Source of the DNA: a virus
Lineage: Duplodnaviria; Caudoviricetes
DNA: 64,000 nt
Virus record (IMG/VR): IMGVR_UViG_2902759955_000002
Span: 96,001 to 160,000 of that record
Reading direction: 5' to 3' (one strand)
This document shows, in pieces, positions 10,286-20,652 of the stretch. The notes beneath the pieces were generated by a model. It saw nothing but the letters and a program-made list of their open reading frames with translations. It was not told the origin of the DNA and ran no database searches. The position numbers were made by a program, and so were the translations under genes. Within the stretch, counting starts at the first letter, position 1; each line of letters starts with the position of its first letter.

Positions 10286-11161
10286 ATGAAACACAAAGAC
10301 TTGACGGAGGCACTCACCGCCCTGAACCTGCGCGCCGGTGAGTTGCAACGCGACACGCTGCGGTTAAGCCTGCGCTTGCAGAGCGAAGGGATCGAGCCCG
10401 ATGCGAGCGAAGGGGTCGCCGATCGCGATGCACCGACCGCCGTGCAGCCCGGCACCGGAAGCAGCGACGGCATGGCGGAACTGATCGGCGAGATCGATCA
10501 TGTGCGCACAGAGCTGTTGTCGCACACCCCCTCGGCCGAGGAAGCGCTCACCAAGGCCAAGGATATCTTCCGCAATCAGGCCGAGCGGCGCGGCCAGTCC
10601 CATCTGGTCGGTCTGATCGATAAGGTCACGCTCGACGATCTGAAGGGGCGCTTACCCGCGAGCGGCACGGTGGTGCACGGCATTCAGGACAGAAGTACTG
10701 CCGCGCCTTCGGAACCGGTCGAACCGGGTCCCACACCGATCTACGATGCGAAGTCGCTGGAGAGCACGGGACTCGAAGGCTTGATCGGTCCAGGCAGCAT
10801 CTTCCTGAAAGAACTCGACAGCATGACGATCACGGGCGGGTGCGGACGTGTGGGTCTGAAGACGCCGGCGTTCTCCCAGCACTGGGACAACGACGTTCTC
10901 ACCATCGTGCAGTCGCGTCTGAAGAAGTGGCCGTCGGGCTTCTACCGCGACGAGAAGACCAAAGCCCGCCAACTGATGATCAAGACGGAACACTTCGCGA
11001 TCGTCCTCGAAGGCTTGCCGGCCAACAATGCCACGCCACAAGTCCTGTGGTTTGGTCGCGAGGGCGGTTTCCAGCCGGTGAATGCTTATCCGGTGCAGGA
11101 TCGCCAGCGTGTGTTCAACCTGACCAGTATCGCGCTGCGCCAGCTGGCCGTTGAATCCTGA
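10286..11161 (+). CDS. hypothetical protein
   Basis: AGGA RBS, 291 aa, directly follows sbcC. Confidence 0.7.
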   Translation: MKHKDLTEALTALNLRAGELQRDTLRLSLRLQSEGIEPDASEGVADRDAPTAVQPGTGSSDGMAELIGEIDHVRTELLSHTPSAEEALTKAKDIFRNQAERRGQSHLVGLIDKVTLDDLKGRLPASGTVVHGIQDRSTAAPSEPVEPGPTPIYDAKSLESTGLEGLIGPGSIFLKELDSMTITGGCGRVGLKTPAFSQHWDNDVLTIVQSRLKKWPSGFYRDEKTKARQLMIKTEHFAIVLEGLPANNATPQVLWFGREGGFQPVNAYPVQDRQRVFNLTSIALRQLAVES

Positions 11162-11170
11162 TCAAGCTGC

Positions 11171-11220
11171 CGTCATAGACGCCAGAGAGAGCGCAAAGCT
11201 CTCTCTGGCGCTTATGCCGT
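11171..11220. terminator. bidirectional hairpin with CATA/TATG flanks
   Basis: CGTCATAGA-CGCCAGAGAGAGC-GCAAA-GCTCTCTCTGGCG-CTTATGCCG. Confidence 0.75.
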
Positions 11221-11224
11221 CTGG

Positions 11225-12478
11225 TTAGCTACCCGTGGTATTCAGGTCGCACCCGATCTGGAGCATGAATGCAGGGCTCAGGCACTGGGGCAACATCGGA
11301 ATCCGTGCGCTACTCAACGTGGTCTGTTCCCGAGCATTCACGGTGCGCCAGAGGAAGTTATCCTTGAGCGAGTCTTCCACGGCCAGACTCCACTGCCCGG
11401 CATCGAAAGTCGACCAATACTCCGAGACCTTTCCATACCCCAGCACGAGCGGATAGTCTGGCTTGACATAGCTCACGTATGCATTCGGCCACGGAGCAGT
11501 CTGTACCGGAACCTGGTTCGTGAAGATCTCCGTGTTATCCAGCAGCACGATAAAGGACTGCGAGAGCGTAAGCAGGGCCTCGATGGTCGCGTCGGACAAC
11601 ATCTCACTGACGGTGAACGCTTCCGGGTTGTTCGGGTTCGGTGTCAGCGGTAGGCTCGACAGGTCAATGAACTTCTTCGACTCGACGTAGCGCTCAAAGA
11701 GCGGGTAGTTGTTGAAGTCGATCATGATCGATTGGGAGCCGACCAAGCGAAAGGTTTTCGTATCCAGCACATGTAGATAGCCACCGATCACGAGCATCAC
11801 GGTCTTGTCCGTCAGGTCCTGCCCGACGTTCAGATAGGCGTGGTTGCAGTAGGACTGCTCGCTCGTCTGTTTGTAGAGCATGCTGCTCGTGATCGGGATG
11901 TAGGTGAGTGCGCCCAAATCCTCGAACGAGACGATCCCCAGCTTGTTCTTCCCGCACTGCACGGCGGACTTCATGCCGTTGATCACCCAGATACCGGTTT
12001 CATTGTCCGTCTCGAGCAGATGGAAGAAACCGTTGACCGAGACCATGCAGCTCTCAAAGAAAGTCTCGTAACTGATCCCGTCTTTCGTGAGTAACAGATC
12101 CGGCTTCGTTGCGGTGACCGCAGGACTGGAGAGCGAAGCCGTGTCCGAGATCGGCTGGATTGTGTAGCCCGCGCGGACGCCATCCTGATAGCGCGCGTAT
12201 TTCGATTCGAGCGTGGGGATGGTGGTGGACGTCGGTAAGGCCGTGTTGGCCAGCGCCGTCAGGTACGCATTGAACGTTTGCGTCTGATCCGTGATCGTCG
12301 ACAGGATGTCATTTAAATCGAGGCTCACTTCCCCCGTCACGAACGGGTTGGTCAAGACCGCATAGACCTTGGAGTAGCTTTGCGAGATGGTGAGAAACGT
12401 CATGTCGCCCAGATCAATGGCGCTCCACTGCTGGCTACCAGTGAGCGATTTTCCGATTGCGGAGACGAGCGTGTACAT
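11225..12478 (-). CDS. virion structural protein (phiKZ-like core)
   Basis: GAGG RBS before MYTLVSAIG; CMVSVNGFFH and LVIGGYLH segments; divergent from the fibre cluster. Confidence 0.7.
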   Translation of the reverse strand: MYTLVSAIGKSLTGSQQWSAIDLGDMTFLTISQSYSKVYAVLTNPFVTGEVSLDLNDILSTITDQTQTFNAYLTALANTALPTSTTIPTLESKYARYQDGVRAGYTIQPISDTASLSSPAVTATKPDLLLTKDGISYETFFESCMVSVNGFFHLLETDNETGIWVINGMKSAVQCGKNKLGIVSFEDLGALTYIPITSSMLYKQTSEQSYCNHAYLNVGQDLTDKTVMLVIGGYLHVLDTKTFRLVGSQSIMIDFNNYPLFERYVESKKFIDLSSLPLTPNPNNPEAFTVSEMLSDATIEALLTLSQSFIVLLDNTEIFTNQVPVQTAPWPNAYVSYVKPDYPLVLGYGKVSEYWSTFDAGQWSLAVEDSLKDNFLWRTVNAREQTTLSSARIPMLPQCLSPAFMLQIGCDLNTTGS

Positions 12479-12667
12479 GGGTTTTCCTCTTCGGAAATCG
12501 AGTCTGTAGATAGCGTGTTTTCGTGCGACCCTTGATGCCGAATGCCCCTGTTTCAATGCCGTTTTATGCACTGTTAGGAGTCCCTAGCGGGCTAGAGCGG
12601 CGTACATCGTATAGTCAAGTCGACACAACCATACGATGGGCTTTCCGGATTTTCGGGGGTTTCAAGC

Positions 12668-14956
12668 ATGACCACATCTTCAACTCTTTCGTATCCGTTC
12701 GATCCGACGGGTTCGTTGGCGTCGAATCTGATTTCGGGAGAGCAACAACAGTTGGTTGCTCAGAATTTCCGGGATCAGCACTTCATCGTTCCGCAGTTCG
12801 CCCCGTTCTTTTCGGATTCGCTGCAGATCACGTATCAGGACACGTCCGGCACCGTCAAGACCTTGGTCGAGGGTGTCGATTATTACGTCACGCACTGGTT
12901 TATTTCGGCGTCGCGCTCCTGTGCGATGCCGGTTTATGGCTCGATCAGTTTTATCGATACCGCCCTCGCTGGGCTTGTGTCGCTGAACTATCAGACCGTG
13001 GGCGGCGACTGGACCGTCTCTGCCTCCCAGATCGCCACCATCCTCGCCGATACCACGGACAATCCGCGCGTCACTGCGTGGGAGCAGGTGAGTGGTACGC
13101 CGTACGCGTTCCCGCCCGAAGCGCATAGCTGGGACATCACAGACCTCGTCGGGATGAGTGATGTCGTGACAGCGCTGGGTGCTATCCAGTCCACGCTGCA
13201 AACGACCGGTGGAGCAGGCCTCGCTGCGCACGAAGCTGATCACGATAACCCTCACGTCGTGACCGCGGCACAGGTAGGGCTGGGGAACGTCCAGAACTAT
13301 GCCGTCGCCGCAGACTCCGACGGCGCCATGGGCACGTCGAGCACGCTCTACATGACGCCCGCGTCAACCGCCGCAGCCATTCAGACGCAGGTGCTGGGAC
13401 TCATCGAAGGGCACATTGCCAACTACGATAACCCGCACCAGACCGATGCGGACCAAGTGGGTCTTGGCAACGTGCAGAACTACGGCGTGGCTGCCGACAG
13501 CGATGCGGCAAGCGCCACGTCAACGACGCTCTACATGACACCGGCCACGACGGCGGTGACCGTGAACACGCTGGTGGGTAACACGTTGTCCGCGCACATC
13601 CTGGACTACGACAATCCCCACGAGACGACGGCCGACCAGGTCGGCCTCGGACTGGTGCGTAATCTCACCACGGCCACGAACGACGACGCCGCGGCAGGGA
13701 CGAGCAACGACCTGTACATGACACCCGCCACCGTGATGGCGGCCATTACCTCGACCGGTACCGCGGGCGCGCTGCAGGCGCACATCACCAACTACGACAA
13801 TCCGCATGAAACCACGGCGGATCAGGTAGGGGCGTTCTCGCAGGACGAGATCAACACGATGTTGCAGGGCTACGTGAGCACCACGGGCACCGCAGCGAAT
13901 TCCACTTTGGTCTACAGCCTCACCCAGTCTGAGCTGACGTCGGCCATTCTCGCTGGCACCGCCAACAACGCGGCGAACTTCGGGGGATTGACACCCGCAC
14001 AGTGGCAGACCTACCTGCTGGGCCAGACCTCGGCGAACTCGACGCTCTTTGGCGACATGAGTGTCGACGACTGGCAGACCTACATCGCCAACGCCACTGT
14101 GGCCAACGCCACCCAGTTTAACGGGATGACGGCTTCGGCATGGACGGCGCAAATCGCCGGCATGACGGTCGCCAATGCGACGACGGTTGGTGGTCTGAGT
14201 GTAATTGCGCTGACGACGCAGATCCTCGCCGGGTCCGCGGCAAATGCGAACCTGGCTTATGGCCTCACGCAAGCGCAACTCACGACGGCGATTCTCTCGG
14301 GCACGGCGAACAACGCCACGTCGCTGGAAAACCTCACGGTCAACCAGTTGCAGGCGCAGTTCATCACGGCGTCGAATGCACAGCTCTGGACAGCAGGCAC
14401 GGCCGCGGCACAGGAAACGGTCCCCGCGAGCACGGACACAACGGACGCGACGATCTGGACCGCACTGGGCAAGCTGAACATGCCGGGCTCCGCGCAATCG
14501 CAGAAGAACTTCCCGGACGTGCAGTGGATCGTCGTTGGGGGAGAGGCGAGTACAGACACGCAAAGCGGCGCATGGCTTGTGCGCTGCTCGGTACGCGATA
14601 CGACGCAGACCAATAACGTCAACCTCCAGGTGATTAGCCTGATGGGTATCAACACGACGACGACGGTCTTCGGCTACACGATCGATAACTCGGTCGCAAA
14701 CGCACCCGTACTGACCATCTGGACAAGCGCGCCTGGCGGGACCAACCCGATCACGGTGACGTCGCTCTCGGAGAACAGCAGCGAATTCCAGGCAAGCATC
14801 GCCACGGTCGTTGCGGAGCCGAGCGGCATCGTCTACAGCACCGCCGATACGTTTGCGCTCGCCTCCGAGATGAGCAACATGCTCACCCAGTTGACCACGG
14901 CGTTCACCGCCCTCGCCAATGCCGTCAATGGCACGAGCGACGGCACCAGCAGCTGA
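12668..14956 (+). CDS. tail fibre/baseplate-associated protein with NPH repeats, paralog 1
   Basis: N-terminal YPFDPTG..SNLISGE domain; 4 HxxxxxNPH repeats; ANNA..FxG repeats. Confidence 0.75.
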   Translation: MTTSSTLSYPFDPTGSLASNLISGEQQQLVAQNFRDQHFIVPQFAPFFSDSLQITYQDTSGTVKTLVEGVDYYVTHWFISASRSCAMPVYGSISFIDTALAGLVSLNYQTVGGDWTVSASQIATILADTTDNPRVTAWEQVSGTPYAFPPEAHSWDITDLVGMSDVVTALGAIQSTLQTTGGAGLAAHEADHDNPHVVTAAQVGLGNVQNYAVAADSDGAMGTSSTLYMTPASTAAAIQTQVLGLIEGHIANYDNPHQTDADQVGLGNVQNYGVAADSDAASATSTTLYMTPATTAVTVNTLVGNTLSAHILDYDNPHETTADQVGLGLVRNLTTATNDDAAAGTSNDLYMTPATVMAAITSTGTAGALQAHITNYDNPHETTADQVGAFSQDEINTMLQGYVSTTGTAANSTLVYSLTQSELTSAILAGTANNAANFGGLTPAQWQTYLLGQTSANSTLFGDMSVDDWQTYIANATVANATQFNGMTASAWTAQIAGMTVANATTVGGLSVIALTTQILAGSAANANLAYGLTQAQLTTAILSGTANNATSLENLTVNQLQAQFITASNAQLWTAGTAAAQETVPASTDTTDATIWTALGKLNMPGSAQSQKNFPDVQWIVVGGEASTDTQSGAWLVRCSVRDTTQTNNVNLQVISLMGINTTTTVFGYTIDNSVANAPVLTIWTSAPGGTNPITVTSLSENSSEFQASIATVVAEPSGIVYSTADTFALASEMSNMLTQLTTAFTALANAVNGTSDGTSS

Positions 14957-15068
14957 CCTGTAGCACAACCACCAGCGTAAGCGACCTGCGGGGTGCAGTA
15001 CTGCCCTGCAGGTCGTCTATTCCTTGTGCTGAACCTTTCTGATTCGGCTCAAGCCGGAGTTTTAGAAC

Positions 15069-16478
15069 ATGACGACAACCGCGATCACGCTTGCGCTGGA
15101 TAAGACTGGCACGGCTGCAGCAAATCTGATCAGTAACGAGATTCAGGCGATCGGCACACGCGAGATTCGCGCGTTCCCGGTCAACTACGGTCTTTTTTTC
15201 CGTGAATCGCTGGTAGTGACCGATGCCGCCACCGGCGCGGTGCTTACGGAAGGCACGCAGTACTACCCGACACAGATGTCATATAAGGAGTCGCTCGATT
15301 GCGGCGCCGAGATTGACTCCGTGGTGGTCATCGTTGACCAGACGGTGAGCGCCAGTGTCTCGGTGACCTATCAGGCACTGGGTGGCATCAACAATGTCTC
15401 CCAGGTCGCGCTCGATAGCGCGATCGCGTCGCTCGATCTGAATGACGGCGCAGTGACCTGGTCGGAAGTGACGAACAAGTGGTCGAAGTATCCGGTAGCA
15501 CCGCACCAGCATATTGGTGCCGATCTGTACGGGCTGGAATTCATGGTGAGTGCGCTGACGCGACTCTCCAGTTCGATCCTCATTGGGCAGGGCGCAGCAC
15601 AGGCCCAGTTGCAGGACTATGCGCAGGATGTCATCGCGGAGCTGGAGGCAGCCATCGCGGCGGCCAACGCGACGCTCACCGCGCATGAAACGAATTACGA
15701 CAATCCGCACGAGACGACCGCCGAGGAGATTGGCGCGTACACGACCGAGCAGACCACGGCGGCCATTGCCCTCGAAGCAACGAACCGCACGGCAGCCGAT
15801 AACGCGATCCAGACGACACTCACGCAGCACGAGGACAACGACGATAACCCGCATGAGGTGACGGCACCGATGCTAGGTGGCTATTCGACGACCCAGAGTG
15901 ATGCGGCGATGGCCACGATGAAGGCGGCAGTGACCGCGAGCATTGTGGCGAACGAAACGCTGATGTCTTCGCACTTCAGCAATTACGACAACCCTCACCA
16001 AACCACGACCACCTCGATCGGTACGTGGACAGCCAGTCAGATCACCAGCGCCATCACGGCGGCGGCGACGCCTGCGCAGGCATCGGTGACGTCGTACGAG
16101 ACCAACCTGAAAGCGCACGAAGCGGACTACAGCAATCCACACGACGACACGGCCGCGGACGTCGGGACGTGGACGTACGACACGATCGAATCGACGATTG
16201 TCACGCCGTACGCATCGCACGCGAACAACATGAGCAACCCCCATGACGTGACTTATACGGAATTGGGTGCGTACGCCACAGCGACGATCAACAGCTCGAT
16301 CTCGTCGGCCTACACAAACATCGTGAATCAGGTCACGGCGCTCAACAGTGAGCTAAGCGCGCATGAGACGAACTACAGCAATCCCCACCAGGACACGCTG
16401 GCCAACACCGGTGCCTCGGGGTACACCGCTGCCTATCTGCAGGCGCTGATCGTCGACACGCTCCACACCCCGACTTGA
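15069..16478 (+). CDS. tail fibre-like NPH-repeat protein, paralog 2
   Basis: LDKTG..ANLISNE N-domain, YQALGG motif, 6 NPH repeats. Confidence 0.75.
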   Translation: MTTTAITLALDKTGTAAANLISNEIQAIGTREIRAFPVNYGLFFRESLVVTDAATGAVLTEGTQYYPTQMSYKESLDCGAEIDSVVVIVDQTVSASVSVTYQALGGINNVSQVALDSAIASLDLNDGAVTWSEVTNKWSKYPVAPHQHIGADLYGLEFMVSALTRLSSSILIGQGAAQAQLQDYAQDVIAELEAAIAAANATLTAHETNYDNPHETTAEEIGAYTTEQTTAAIALEATNRTAADNAIQTTLTQHEDNDDNPHEVTAPMLGGYSTTQSDAAMATMKAAVTASIVANETLMSSHFSNYDNPHQTTTTSIGTWTASQITSAITAAATPAQASVTSYETNLKAHEADYSNPHDDTAADVGTWTYDTIESTIVTPYASHANNMSNPHDVTYTELGAYATATINSSISSAYTNIVNQVTALNSELSAHETNYSNPHQDTLANTGASGYTAAYLQALIVDTLHTPT

Positions 16479-16499
16479 TCGCGATATGAGAGAGATGAG

Positions 16500-17906
16500 A
16501 TGACTCGCAACATTTATCGATATCCGCTGGATGTCACCGGCACGGCGCAGAGCAACTACGTGACGGGCGAGGAGCACGCCATTGGCGTTGCACCGAATCG
16601 AGCGATTGCGCCGACCTACGGCGCGTTCTTCGATGAGAGCGTACAGATCGTTGATCTCAACACGCTCGCCACACTCAATCGCAATCAGTTCCAGTTTCAG
16701 AATCTGCACACGGAAGCCACGTCGCTGACCGGGATGGCCGTCTGGGCGATTGTGGTCATCATCGATCCGAACGTGAGCCCGAACGTCAGCTTGACGTACC
16801 AGGCATTGGGCGGTGAGCACGGCATGCCATTGGCGGCCATTGCTAACCAGATCCAGACGCTTTCAACCGATGCGCGAACAGTTGCGTTTAGCAACATCAC
16901 CGACAAACCCAGTACGTACACGCCGGTGCTGCACATGCACGCGATCGGTGACACGTACGACTGGGATTACGTCGTGACGGCGCTGGAGATGTGTCTGAAT
17001 GCCGTGCAGTTGGCCGAGGCTTCGACCTACGACACGACGCTCGCCTACATCGATGCGCAAGTGGCGATGCGCAATGCCGACATCGCGACGTTTCTGCAGC
17101 AGTTGAATACGCACATTGCGAATTACAACAATCCGCACCAGACGACGCTAGCGCAGGTCGATGTGTTTGCGACGACCACGGTGCAAAGCCTGATCGCACA
17201 AGAGGCAGCGAGCCGACTGGCAGAAGACACGACGCTCACCAATGAGATCGTGGCCCATGCGACGGACTACAGCAATCCGCACAAGGACACCGCCGCAAAC
17301 ATCGGGGGTTACACGTCGGAAGAAGCCGATGCGAATCTCACAGCGATTTCCACTGCGCTCAATACCACGCTGACAGCAGACGCGGCAACGATGGCGGCAC
17401 ACGTCGCCAACGATGACAACCCGCACCAGGTGACAGCAGACCAGATTGACGGGATGAGCACGGCCGAGATTAACGCGGCAATCAGTGCAGCGATCACGCC
17501 GATCGCGACACAGCTCTCGACCGATGAGGCGTCCATGAACGCACACATCGCGAACACGGAAAACCCACACGAGTTGACCCTTGCTCAGATTGGTGCGTGG
17601 GACAGCGCTGACATTGCCACGGTCCAGAGCGAGATCAACGCGCACATCGCCAATACGAGTAACCCGCACCAGGACACCGCGGCGCTCGTGGGAACGCTGA
17701 CGTCGACGCAGATCACAACGGCGATCGCCAACAACTATGTCACACCCGCTGAGAGCTCGTATCTGACGCCTCAGACAAGCAGCTTCAACGCACACGCTGC
17801 CAACACGAACAATCCGCACGGTGTCACACCCGCGCAATTGGGAGGCTGGACGTACGCGCAATGGCAGGCGGCGGTGGCGGCGCAAGTCGCGGCGCTGTCG
17901 TGGTAG
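16500..17906 (+). CDS. tail fibre-like NPH-repeat protein, paralog 3
   Basis: YPLDVTG..SNYVTGE N-domain, YQALGG motif, 6 NPH repeats. Confidence 0.75.
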   Translation: MTRNIYRYPLDVTGTAQSNYVTGEEHAIGVAPNRAIAPTYGAFFDESVQIVDLNTLATLNRNQFQFQNLHTEATSLTGMAVWAIVVIIDPNVSPNVSLTYQALGGEHGMPLAAIANQIQTLSTDARTVAFSNITDKPSTYTPVLHMHAIGDTYDWDYVVTALEMCLNAVQLAEASTYDTTLAYIDAQVAMRNADIATFLQQLNTHIANYNNPHQTTLAQVDVFATTTVQSLIAQEAASRLAEDTTLTNEIVAHATDYSNPHKDTAANIGGYTSEEADANLTAISTALNTTLTADAATMAAHVANDDNPHQVTADQIDGMSTAEINAAISAAITPIATQLSTDEASMNAHIANTENPHELTLAQIGAWDSADIATVQSEINAHIANTSNPHQDTAALVGTLTSTQITTAIANNYVTPAESSYLTPQTSSFNAHAANTNNPHGVTPAQLGGWTYAQWQAAVAAQVAALSW

Positions 17907-17944
17907 TGGACACGCCGCTCTAGGCGCTAACGGGATTTTTAACC

Positions 17945-19957
17945 ATGTCAGACATTTTGACTTTGCCGCTCGATGCAACGGGCGCGGCACCGACAAATCT
18001 GATCACGAACGAGAGTCAGAGCATCGGGACCGATCCGGTGCGGGCATTTGCACCGGACTACGGCGCCTATTACACGTCCAGTCTAAAGATCACGGACGGA
18101 CTGACGGGTGCCGCGCTCACAGCGGATCAGTTCTTTCTGGCGGCGAGGATGGATCTCCCGACCACGAAGTACGGTGCGCCGCTCGGCACGAAAGTCGCCA
18201 CCTTGGTGGTCATCACTGACGCCACCGTATCTGACACAGTGCTCGTAGAGTATCAGGCCCTTGGAGGCGGGTACGCCACGCCGCAAACAGCGCTCGCGAA
18301 CGAGGTGGCCACCTACGAGCCCGCCACGCGGAGCACGGCGTGGCCGTCGGTGATCGATAAAGAGATTGACGCGCCGTCATCGGAAGACCTGCATGACGAG
18401 GGTCAGGAGGGGTTGATCACGTTTGAATACGTGGTCCACGCGATCGACCGGATTTCACAACTCGTGCTGATGGGCGATCCGGTGTCCCAAGGCAATGTGC
18501 AGACCTACGCCAACGATGCGGAGAATGCATCGGACGCGACGCTGGATGCGGGCATTGCAACGATGGATGCGCACATCGCGAATACCGACAATCCCCACGA
18601 GCTCACGCCCGCGCAACTGAGCGCGTGGACGAAGGCCCAGCAGGATGCCGCGATCCTCGTGGAGACGAACAATCGGGAGAGTGCGGACACGACCGTGACC
18701 GCGCAGCTGACCAGCCACACGACCAATTACAACAATCCCCACCAGACAACCCTTGTGCAGGTTGGGATGTATTCGGTTGCGCAGGCAAACGCGCAGATCT
18801 CCACCGCGCTGACGGCTTTGAACGCGACGGTGAGCAGCAACGCGACGGCGATCAATGCCCACATCAACAATCTCGACAATCCCCACAAAGACACAGTGGC
18901 GGACGTAGGGACACTGGCGGTGGCGGACATCCAGGCGGCAATCGCGGCCGCAGCTTCACCTGTGAATCAAAGCGTGGCGAGCGCAGCCAGCACGCTGGCA
19001 AGTCACGTTGCAAACGTGAGCAACCCCCACCAGGTGACGCCCGCGCAACTGGGGACGTGGACGGCGGCAGCGCTGCAGACGCTCACGAATACGCTCACGG
19101 CACACGTGGCCAATACCAGCAACCCGCACGAAACAACCCTTGCTGATATTGAGGCGATGAGTGAAGCGCAGTTCACGGCAGCGCTGGCTGCAGCGAACAC
19201 CACCACGGCGGCACTCTACAACAGTAATGCAGCGGCCATTTCGGCACATATCGGGAACTACAATAATCCACACGACACGTCAGCAGAGACGATCGGTTGT
19301 GTAGGGTCGTGGTCCCCGCTGAGCACTGACTTGGCTAATGCACAGGCGCAGATCAACGCGTCTGGCTACCAGATCGTCGAGTGCGGTACGCAGTATTACG
19401 ACATCAACTACTCGGGCTCGAACGCCACCAACTTCGGTACGTCGCTCTACATTGGCCAGGCTGTGGGCGTGTTTGCCCAGTCGGGTGGTGATAACGATGT
19501 AGTGGGGACCTGGACGAACCAGCCTTGCCCGGGTGGCGGGACCATCGCGGGACTGTATCGCTACGGTCCTTACCTCAGCATGTACGTGTATGAAGGTTCG
19601 CTGCATGGCGTGATCTTCCAGTCTTCATTGGGCGATTACGTGGAGTTCAGCAACGGGAGCTCGTACACCTTCATCTCGGGCTGGACCGTCTACTGCGTGC
19701 AGACCCAGGTGAGTCAGCTCAGTGCCTGTACGAGCTACGCCTGGCGGCTCATCGGTTCGCCCACAGAAGCACAACCGCCGTACGGTTACATCAACGGTGC
19801 GGCGCCTCCTCCACCCCCGGCCACAGATGGTGGTGGTGGCGATGGCGGTGGTGACACCGGTGACACTGGCGACACTGGTGACGATGGCGATGATGGTGAC
19901 GATGGTGACGGCGATGGTGACGGCGATGGTGATGGCGATGGTGGTGATGGCGGTTAA
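17945..19957 (+). CDS. tail fibre-like NPH-repeat protein, paralog 4, with C-terminal globular domain and Gly/Asp tail
   Basis: LPLDATG..TNLITNE, YQALGG, 6 NPH repeats, Tyr/Cys-rich domain, PPPPP followed by GD repeats. Confidence 0.75.
   Translation: MSDILTLPLDATGAAPTNLITNESQSIGTDPVRAFAPDYGAYYTSSLKITDGLTGAALTADQFFLAARMDLPTTKYGAPLGTKVATLVVITDATVSDTVLVEYQALGGGYATPQTALANEVATYEPATRSTAWPSVIDKEIDAPSSEDLHDEGQEGLITFEYVVHAIDRISQLVLMGDPVSQGNVQTYANDAENASDATLDAGIATMDAHIANTDNPHELTPAQLSAWTKAQQDAAILVETNNRESADTTVTAQLTSHTTNYNNPHQTTLVQVGMYSVAQANAQISTALTALNATVSSNATAINAHINNLDNPHKDTVADVGTLAVADIQAAIAAAASPVNQSVASAASTLASHVANVSNPHQVTPAQLGTWTAAALQTLTNTLTAHVANTSNPHETTLADIEAMSEAQFTAALAAANTTTAALYNSNAAAISAHIGNYNNPHDTSAETIGCVGSWSPLSTDLANAQAQINASGYQIVECGTQYYDINYSGSNATNFGTSLYIGQAVGVFAQSGGDNDVVGTWTNQPCPGGGTIAGLYRYGPYLSMYVYEGSLHGVIFQSSLGDYVEFSNGSSYTFISGWTVYCVQTQVSQLSACTSYAWRLIGSPTEAQPPYGYINGAAPPPPPATDGGGGDGGGDTGDTGDTGDDGDDGDDGDGDGDGDGDGDGGDGG
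19826..19954 (+). repeat. low-complexity GGY/GAY tandem repeats encoding a Gly/Asp tail
   Basis: ggtgacact/ggcgatgat/ggtgacggcgat reiterations. Confidence 0.8.
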
Positions 19958-20092
19958 AGCGTCCTGCCTGCGTATCTGAACCAGCGCATTCATGCGGCCC
20001 GTGCGGGAGCAATCCTGCACGGGCTGTATGCCCCCTTTTTCTTATGAGGCAGACCACCATAACCCGACCCGAAAGTCGAAGGACCACCCGCT

Positions 20093-20611
20093 ATGCCGGC
20101 CCCATGCACCCCGCTCAACAAGTCCGCGCAAGATCTGCTGCGCGATCGAATTTTCCACTCCAATGGCTTCCTTGTGCCAAAAACCGGGATGCTGTACGGG
20201 GTGCCCAAGGCCGTGACGCCACTCCCTGCGGATGTCTACGAGCGCGATACGGTGATCCGTGTCAGCGTGGATCCGACGGTGCCGTTCCAGCGGTATCGGG
20301 GCGAGAAATGCTTCCTCTATAAGCGTACCGATCTCTCAACCCTGACTGCAGTCTCCAGCACACCCACACCGATTGCGGTGGCCAGTTATCCCACCACCAC
20401 GTATGCCTTGCTGGTGCAGATCAATGCGTACTACGGTCTGCAGCTGACCGAGGATGATGTACAGGACATCACGTACGCGTCGTCTCTCTCACCGATCATG
20501 GCAGCAACCACAACGTCCCTGAACTATACGGGCAACCTCACCCTGAACCTGACAGGCACGTCGAGCGTGAGCAGTGACGGTGTTTCCGCCTCCGATGGGG
20601 TGACGGCATAG
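20093..20611 (+). CDS. virion/tail-associated protein
   Basis: YKRTDL and LLVQINAYYGLQLTEDDV..SLNYTG pattern typical of jumbo-phage tail-associated domains. Confidence 0.6.
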   Translation: MPAPCTPLNKSAQDLLRDRIFHSNGFLVPKTGMLYGVPKAVTPLPADVYERDTVIRVSVDPTVPFQRYRGEKCFLYKRTDLSTLTAVSSTPTPIAVASYPTTTYALLVQINAYYGLQLTEDDVQDITYASSLSPIMAATTTSLNYTGNLTLNLTGTSSVSSDGVSASDGVTA

Positions 20612-20652
20612 AAGCCAGAGAGACCGACCGGGTCTCTCTGGCCTTATGTCCG
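20603..20652. terminator. bidirectional hairpin with CATA/TATG flanks
   Basis: GACGGCATAGAA-GCCAGAGAGACC-GACCG-GGTCTCTCTGGC-CTTATGTCCG. Confidence 0.75.

Noticed and set aside
12668-19957. Periodic DNA repeats (aactacgacaatccgcac) as a CRISPR array or DGR
   Set aside because: They are in-frame protein repeats with synonymous variation and 100-190 nt spacing; no cas or reverse transcriptase gene is present.
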